A DNA stretch of 63,474 nt, filler included, from Dugesia japonica (lineage: Eukaryota), in assembly GCA_001938525.1 (NCBI GenBank). It is 5 parts of 5 records of this genome, joined end to end, with 100 filler letters (N's around TTAATTAATTAA, not from the genome) between each part and the next. Parts side by side here need not be neighbours in the genome. Positions count along the whole stretch, not along the records: positions 54,679 to 63,474 come from MQRL01592319.1; 4 more parts are not named here. One strand, 5' to 3'. Positions 56,060 through 63,474 of this stretch are shown one piece after another. Below the pieces are notes generated by a model. It had not been told where the DNA came from and did no database searches. It saw only the letters and a list, made by a program, of their open reading frames with translations. The first letter of the stretch is position 1. Each line of letters starts with the position of its first letter. The position numbers and the translations under genes were made by a program.

Positions 56060-58400
56060 CCAGTATTTTGCCTGTTTGTATTTCTTAATTATCACCTTCA
56101 TTCACGTCTTCATTTATCAATATTTGTCCGTAATGTGTTTCTGTTTTTTGTTCTTCTTTCTATTTTGATCCAATTGAAATATTCATTTTGTTCGTTTGAA
56201 TTATGTAGATTCTTTCTTAATTTCTCATTTAGACTTTATTATATTTTGGACTTCTTAATAAATTGATTGATGCTTGATTGCCTGATATAGAGAATATTTG
56301 TACTGTGTTGCTAAAGATAAAAAAGCAATAATGAAAGGAAGAAGTATTGTCAACGCTTCTGATACTTCATATACTGTATTATCCAAACTTGTGACAGATT
56401 GTTGAAGATCACTTTTAAGTTTTATTCTAGCACATTTGTCTGGAAAAACTATAATGAATTTGGATCATTAGATATAACATATCTACATGGATCTATCATC
56501 ATTATAGAACCTGACAATGTCATCGATATTGTTAGTGATTTCTTTGAAAGATAGCAAGAACATACCGATATTCCAGAAATCACCAAAAATCATTTTAAAT
56601 GTCTTATCGATTTGTGTCTGTTCTTTGATAGCATTTTTATCATTAAGCAAAAATGTTGTCTGACAATGGGTAACAATCTGCACCATATTCTGGCAAAAAG
56701 CTTTATGAACTTCATTAGAAGTAAAACTATTCTCAAAGCCAAGAAAAAAATAGTTCATATTTATAAACGAAATTTTCTTTGTTACTAATTTTCCGTTAGA
56801 TAATATTTTNNNNNNNNNNNNNNNNNNNNNNNNNNNNNNNNNNTTAACTTCAGAGAAATTAATTAACCTTTAAATTCCATTTCTGGAAACTTTAATCCAA
56901 AATAAATCTGGTGAATTATTAACTACTCAATTATATATAAAAGCATTTCACAGTGGAAATATATTAACTTGGAGTAATATATTTTACTACCATAAAAAAT
57001 AAAGTTGGTATAATCTAAGGTAAACTCTACACTTTTTCAATTTATTCGAAAGATGATTTGCTTTGGTAGACAAACCTTTAATTGCAAGTGACGTTTTAAT
57101 TAATTTGGGTGATTTTATGACAGTTTTTCAGGATTCTTTTCTAACCTCGCCCATTTTTTTTATAATTTCTTTCGAAAGTAACATTCCTATTTGAATCTTA
57201 TATCTTTCTTTTTTGTTATTTCACAAATATTATAAAAACAGTAATATCTAAATACAGTGTTATGATTGTTTTTTCAGAGACAAAAATGAACTTCTTTTAA
57301 ATTTACATCTGTAATTCAAGCAAATATTTCACTTGGTTTCTTCTCTAATGTCATTTTAAAGTTTTATTTAAATAACTTAATTTATTATAGATAATCTATA
57401 AACCAAAAAAAGTTGCTTAATTAGAGAAAATTAACTATTCTCATAAATTATTTTTAAATATAGTATATAATTTATATAATACAGAGTAAATAAAAATAAA
57501 TTAAATAATTTGCTCTGAGAAGTCGAATCGAGAAATTTTGATCATTAATTTCCTCGGTATGGTAATCTTTAGATAATTTCATGGGAAAGTCCAATTTGTT
57601 TGAATTTTGAGAAAAATGGGATAAACCCGAGAATTTTAGGAATTTTTGAAAGTCTTTCTTCTCAATTAAGAACGAAAGATACATTATTCAATCGACAAAC
57701 ATTAGGCAAAACCGTCAAACTTCATTTTGTCAAAGAGAAATTTAAAAAACTTGGTAACAAATCACAAAGTTGCTTAACCGACACAAAGAAAAAATTATTT
57801 TATATAATTTGCGTATAGAAACGTTTTTGCTGATCAAGAATATATACGATAGAAATTTATCAAATCAGGTGACTTACTTTCAACATACTCATGGTTTTTA
57901 CAGTAATGAAAGTTAATAGAAAAATGTATCTCAACCCAATTTACACTATTATTCATTTTCATTCTTTGCGTTTTACTAAATAATAATCTTTTCAAATTTT
58001 CTACAGTATCAAACATTAAGCTGTCTATTATAATATCGCTAGTAAAAAATAAATTAACTTGTATTGTTATATCTAACTACTTATACTTTTTAGTTTCATC
58101 TTTAGAAGTAACAGTTTAAAACCCTTTTCCTTTGTTATCAATTATTAGTTCATTTTAAATTGATTTAAATAATTCTTAGTAATTCTTAGATTGATTGTAA
58201 ATTGGCATGAGTGAACATACAAATGTGAAACCCATCATGGCTACTTCAAAACTACCATCCATCTAAGTTGAATTTTGAAGCTGAAGAATTATTAACAGTG
58301 TTATTGGGATGTACGACTATTACTCGATAAAAGTATATATAAATCATTTGATTTCTTCTGAATTTTCTTCTTGATTAATTATTTGTGATGCTAGTACCCA
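56060..58400 (-). pseudogene. Degraded intron-poor coding sequence of unknown (possibly mobile or viral) origin
   Basis: Several collinear minus-strand ORF pieces (56483-56758, 57834-58016) with Cys residues and a hydrophobic segment near 56330. No family recognised. Confidence 0.25.
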
Positions 58401-58429
58401 ACTTCGTATTTCCTATAGATAAAACCTTA

Positions 58430-59510
58430 CATATTATTGTTTATTCTTACCAGTTCTCTTTGATTCTATACCTTTTTCTATTCTAAATATATCAATAGCA
58501 GAATGTCTTGTGATTATTGTTCGTAAAATTTTCCTTGAATGATATTGTATTCATAATCTTTAATAACATGCATGTCACATTCTGTTTCGTCTAAATTTTT
58601 ATTATTTAAAACACTTCATCACTTCATGTACTACTGGAATTTTTGATGCCTGGTAAAGCTGATATTTTCAAGATTCTCACAGTACAACAAAATATTTATT
58701 TTTTTTATGCTTCAACTGTTCCAACCAATTCAACTTTTCTCTCATCCGCAAAATTTTCACTCTTTAAAAATCTGTATACTNNNNNNNNNNNNNNNNNNNN
58801 NNNNNNNNNNNNNNNNNNNNNNNNNNNNNNTATTATTGTTTATTCTTACCAGTTCTCTTTGATTCTATACCTTTTTCTATTCTAAATATATCAATAGCAG
58901 AATGGCTTATGATTATTGTTCGTAAAATTTTCCTTGAATGATATTGTATTCATAATCTTTAATAACATGCATGTCACATTATGTTTCGTGTAAATTTATA
59001 TTATTTAAAACACTTCATCACTCCATGTACTACTGAAATTTTTGATGCCTGGTGAAGCTGAGATTTTCAAGATTCTCACAGTACAACAAAATATTTATTT
59101 TTTTTCTGCTTCAACTGTTCCAACCAATTCAACTTTTCTCTCATCCGCAAAATTTTCCCTCTTTAAAAATCTGTATACTTTTTCTCTAACTTTCCTGATA
59201 TTATCCCAGTTTTCGACTCCATGAGGATAGGAACTAACTTCATTTAACAATGGATGACTCAAACCAACTTATCTACTGATAGAGCACTTCCTTTTGGGTA
59301 TTTTCTTTCGGAATCACTCTTATATACTTCCTTATATCCATCATTTGTACTAACATCTTTATCTTCAATCGCATGTACTAGATTATATCGGTTTCTCGAT
59401 CTTTCTGAGATCATAAATTTCTCAAGTGTTCTTTTTATTTTCAAGTTTGTGTAGCACTCGTCTGCTATATGTCTATCATTACAACATCGTTGACACCTCA
59501 ATTCTTGAAA
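58430..59510 (-). mobile_element. Gypsy gag-end/pol-start fragment (partly duplicated across a gap)
   Basis: CQRCCNDRHIADEC knuckle; homologous to 49500-49960. Confidence 0.8.
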
Positions 59511-59519
59511 TAACCTTTT

Positions 59520-61500
59520 ATTATGGTAAAAGATAATATTGGGAAATTCATCAAGCGGTGCGAAGTGTATCTTAAAGCTAAAAACCTCACCCAGATGAAA
59601 CAGCAGGGGAGATTAGTCTTTGGTTTTGCTAGATAAAGATTTGTTGGAAGAATATGCAAAAACGTTAAAAAAATTTGAAGGTTTTCAGACTCGTTTAGGA
59701 TGACATTTGTAAATTAGAAAGATATTATCAAAGATTTTCAAATTTTGATTAACTACACGAGTTAAAATGAATAGATTTAAATTTATTTTAAAAATCTAAA
59801 AAATGTAGTGGAAAGATTATTTACAAAAAAGGGATTTTACAAAAGAGAAAACAGGGCAAAACTCTAGAATACTACCAAAAAATAGTTTAAATATAAACAG
59901 ATGCAAAACTTTAAAATATTACTAAGGCAAAGGTATTATGAACAACCTAATAAAGATTAAATACTAACTTAAGTAAAAATGAAATATAATTGGGAAAATT
60001 AATAGAATAAAATAAAGTACCGTAAAGGAAATTTTTAAAAAAAACAGAAGTAAAACTAAAATACTAACCTGAGACAAAATTAAATATTATCGAAGCAAAA
60101 TTTTCCAGACATAAACAAAGAATTTATATTAGGCACAGATGCCAGTTTCAATACAATTGGATCACTATTGTTACAGAAAGATAAAGAAGGAAGAGAAAGA
60201 GTTTTTGTCTATGGATCACACTCAATGACGAGTCATGAAAAGTGATACTGCATTACACGAAAAGAATTATTAAAGTTTATTATTTATGTATGCATTACAA
60301 ACATTACTTGTACGGTAGAAAATTTACTCTTAGAACAGATCACAAAGCTCTAACTTTTATGATGACGACGAAAAAACCAATTACGTTGCAATTCCAGACA
60401 AGGATTAATTATCTGAGCAGTTTAGATATAGTTTAGGTATATAGAAAAGCTATTCAACATGATAATGTAGATATGTTATCTAGACCAAGATATACGATAT
60501 GTGTACAATGTCAAATGTCAAATGAAAAAACTAAGAAAGGGAAGATTAAAACTAGAATAGTTAAAAAGGAAAAAGAAGATCATTTAAACATTTCTAAGGA
60601 AACAGATTTGATCAAGAAAACGAAAATTCCGGATGATAAACTACATGAAACTATAGAAGATATGCACAAGTTATTATGTCATGCCAAAGTTGAAGAGGTG
60701 TACGAATATTCGAGAAACAAATATATTCCACATAATTTGTGGAGCCAAATACAAAACATAGTTTGTACTTGTGAAATCTGACAGAAGACCAAAGTATTTA
60801 CAACAGCAACTAAAGAGAAGACAAAGAGTTTAGAAGCTACCAACTTCTTTGAAGTGATATTCAAATATGTGGTTCTAGACAAGACTAGGAAACCATACGA
60901 AAAGCTATTTTTGAAAAGTGTATTTTGAGATTTGGATATCCGAGACAGATAAGACTCAATTCTAGAAAAGCTTTTGAATCCAGAGTTATGAGAGAATTTT
61001 CACTGAGACTAGATATTATACTTTGCTTTTTGACTCCCTATCATCATAATGAAAACAAACTAATTGAAAAACTGTTTGATTTAATTTAATTAATTAATTA
61101 GATTTAATTAATGCAACAATTCAGGAAAAAAAGACAACATATTGGGCAGATCTTTTACCGGAAATAGAATTTACAATGAACCTAACAAAACAGAAGACGA
61201 TTGGAAAGAGACCGGCTGAGATTGTTTTAGGAAAGAAATTAGCAGTTGAAAGTGTTACCTTAAAAAGATAGACCTTAAAAAACATTTCATACGTGTATAC
61301 TAAAAGAGAATTCAAAGTGAGCGATGTTGTACTCATCAAGGTAAAAACAAGAAATAAACGTCAAGACAGATTTGAAGACCATTATCGAATAATTTAGAAA
61401 ATTCATGAAAGGTGGTATGCAGTACAAAAAGAAAATGGACAGCGATTAGAAAGAAATGTCGAAAAACTTAGGAGGTTTCTTACGAAGTGAGATATGCGGA
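59520..61500 (+). mobile_element. Gypsy remnant: gag fragment, RNase H and integrase
   Basis: TDASFNTIG, LRTDHKAL, MLSRP, HKLLCHAK..CEIC, TPYHH, LPEIEFTMN. Degenerate PPT/LTR start near 61485-61500. Confidence 0.88.
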
Positions 61501-62034
61501 AATAATTATTACTTAATAATCTCAGCCAATAGCCATTAAGTTATATGAATATTAATATTGGAATTTTTGTATTTCAATATTATTTATCTTATAAAACATG
61601 TATTGTAATATTAAAGTAAATAATGTCTAAAAATATTAATAGTGATTTGCAAAATAGATTACAAATTAAAGATCTAGCTAACTAATATAATATAAAATAA
61701 ATATACAATTTTATACAATAATATTGCATACAATTTCAATTATTGTTCTGGTATATTTGATATTTATTCAAACTTTTATTTGGAATAATTATTGAGTGAA
61801 AATTGTTTACATTGTAATCTGATTTTGCGTGGCACATGCTGCTTATAAGTTTTCCAAATTTTCAATGAGACAATTGAAATGTTTAATTTACTTGAATTTA
61901 AAGTTATTTGAAGTTACAACAAATTATTTTCTTAATTTCACTTAAAACACACTATTAATTAAATCACTTAATTCCATCGCATCATGTTAAAATTGAAGTT
62001 TGGTGAATTCATATTTCATACCAGATTATTAGGT

Positions 62035-62260
62035 AGATAGTAGCGCACGGCCGCAGTACCCACTCACATGGGGCATAAAAATTCTTTGCGGCTTAAGAAT
62101 TTTGATGAATTTTAGTGAAACGATAATATGTGTGCATGTGATTACGTAATAGTGATGTATAATTTTTATGTATTTAAGGGTACGATAAAAATAGATAAGC
62201 TGTGTGCATATGATTACGTTATTGCGGCTTAAAATTTTTACATGTATTTAACGGGGAAGA
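62035..62260 (+). mobile_element. Probable terminal fragment of a Polinton-like element with internal sub-repeats
   Basis: AGATAGTAGCGCACGGCCGCAGTACCC resembles AGATAGTGCAGCACGGGAACAGTAAACCC (reverse complement of 32016-32044). TGTGTGCAT.TGATTACGT and TTGCGGCTTAA each occur twice. Confidence 0.5.
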
Positions 62261-63474
62261 TTTCATTATGTACTTTTTCTCGTATTTTTTGTGTGTGCCT
62301 ACTTCAATTTTTTTTGTTTACGATTATATTATTTTTATTTATTTTTTGATGAGTCTTATACATGAAATAGATAAGTTCAGTTATGAAAGGACTCAATTGG
62401 AAGTTAACTGTTTTGAGCGAGTACAATTTGAAATTGAATGTGAGCAGTCAGAATAACTGCTCAACTGTACTAACTGATAGATTTAATGTAATAGTATGGA
62501 AATAAAACTGACTATTATTGAAAAAAATGTATGAGAATAAGTAACTAATAATTTATTATTTACTATTTATTTAAAAATTTACAGAATGTGCTCTTTAATA
62601 TTGTATTAATAAGGCAATTAATTTTAACGTTCTCTGCGGAGCGACTAATTTATTGTTAAATTCCATATAGAGAGACTAATTATAATTAAATTTGATTCCT
62701 AAAAAATTCAAAAAAATTAACCATCCTTATGAAATTCCTTAATTACATTGACCATCCCTATGATAATTCTTAATAGATTTTTTATAAAGATTGCCCATAT
62801 CAAAGAAATAAATGAACAAAATTACATATACCGAGTAAATTACTGACTTGTCCAAAAAAAGATCAAATATTTACCAAAAATAATCCAATGATACATTCCA
62901 TCAAATGCAAATCCAATCAACCAATCAGATTTCTTTAAATAAATATTAGTTATTAACTAATTTTACCTTTATATTTCATTGTTAATGTTCCTCGGGAGAA
63001 AGTGCAACATTAAGATAATATTTTTTCGATATTATTTTTATAAGGCTTGACTATTCTAGATTAAAATATTTGGAATCATCGTAAAATTTTCTATAAAATA
63101 GATATTTTGTTGGCCAATTTTGAGGTACTATTTTTTATAAAAACTATGTGTAAAATATTGGAAAAGTCGAAAATGGTTCCACTAAAATTCTCAGCCATTT
63201 GGTATAAAAAGTTTTGAAATCTTAGATACCCATAAAAAATTTAAAATTTAAATTATTTTAAACAAATCGAGTTTGTTCTACGAATTTCCGTAAAAAATCT
63301 CATGAAAGATTTCATCGGAATATTAGAATTGGGTCAATATTGATTGAAAGTTTGCTTACAATTGACAATTATTTTGTTGAAACTTTGTTCATATTGATCA
63401 ATTTTGGTTGAATTTCAGCTGAATGGAGTAGGTTTTGGTATTTTTTGGTTGTAATTTATGGAAAATTTGAGCCG

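Noticed and set aside
58432-59180. ~350-bp tandem duplication either side of a 50-N gap
   Set aside because: Most likely overlapping contig ends, haplotypes or collapsed repeat copies. Cannot be supported as a real duplication.

Overview
AT-rich eukaryotic (metazoan-like) genomic DNA with very short spliceosomal introns (mostly 38-50 nt). A flatworm-like invertebrate is a plausible source, but that is inference. The window is five sequence blocks (1-15825, 15926-27545, 27646-43452, 43553-54578, 54679-63474) joined by artificial N44-TTAATTAATTAA-N44 linkers, so adjacency across those joins is not reliable. Intact host-type genes are a 15-exon DDX42 DEAD-box helicase, a 3-exon mago nashi, and an intronless permuted papain-like (NlpC/P60, YiiX-type) hydrolase. 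Most of the rest is decayed mobile DNA: many Ty3/Gypsy gag-pol remnants with LTRs, a NeSL/R2-type RLE non-LTR retrotransposon, a Polinton/adintovirus-type protein-primed DNA polymerase pseudogene with a repeat array and a putative terminus, and hAT, Harbinger and MITE fragments. The most novel signal is a 1.63-kb solo-LTR family (three copies: 1-328, 40751-42384, 52579-~53560). It appears to carry a self-contained mini-gene (CCAAT x3, TATA, splice-acceptor-like motif, ORF, AATAAA) encoding a ~127-aa basic/leucine-zipper/acidic protein. The C-terminus of that protein is conserved between two diverged copies mainly through synonymous codon changes.
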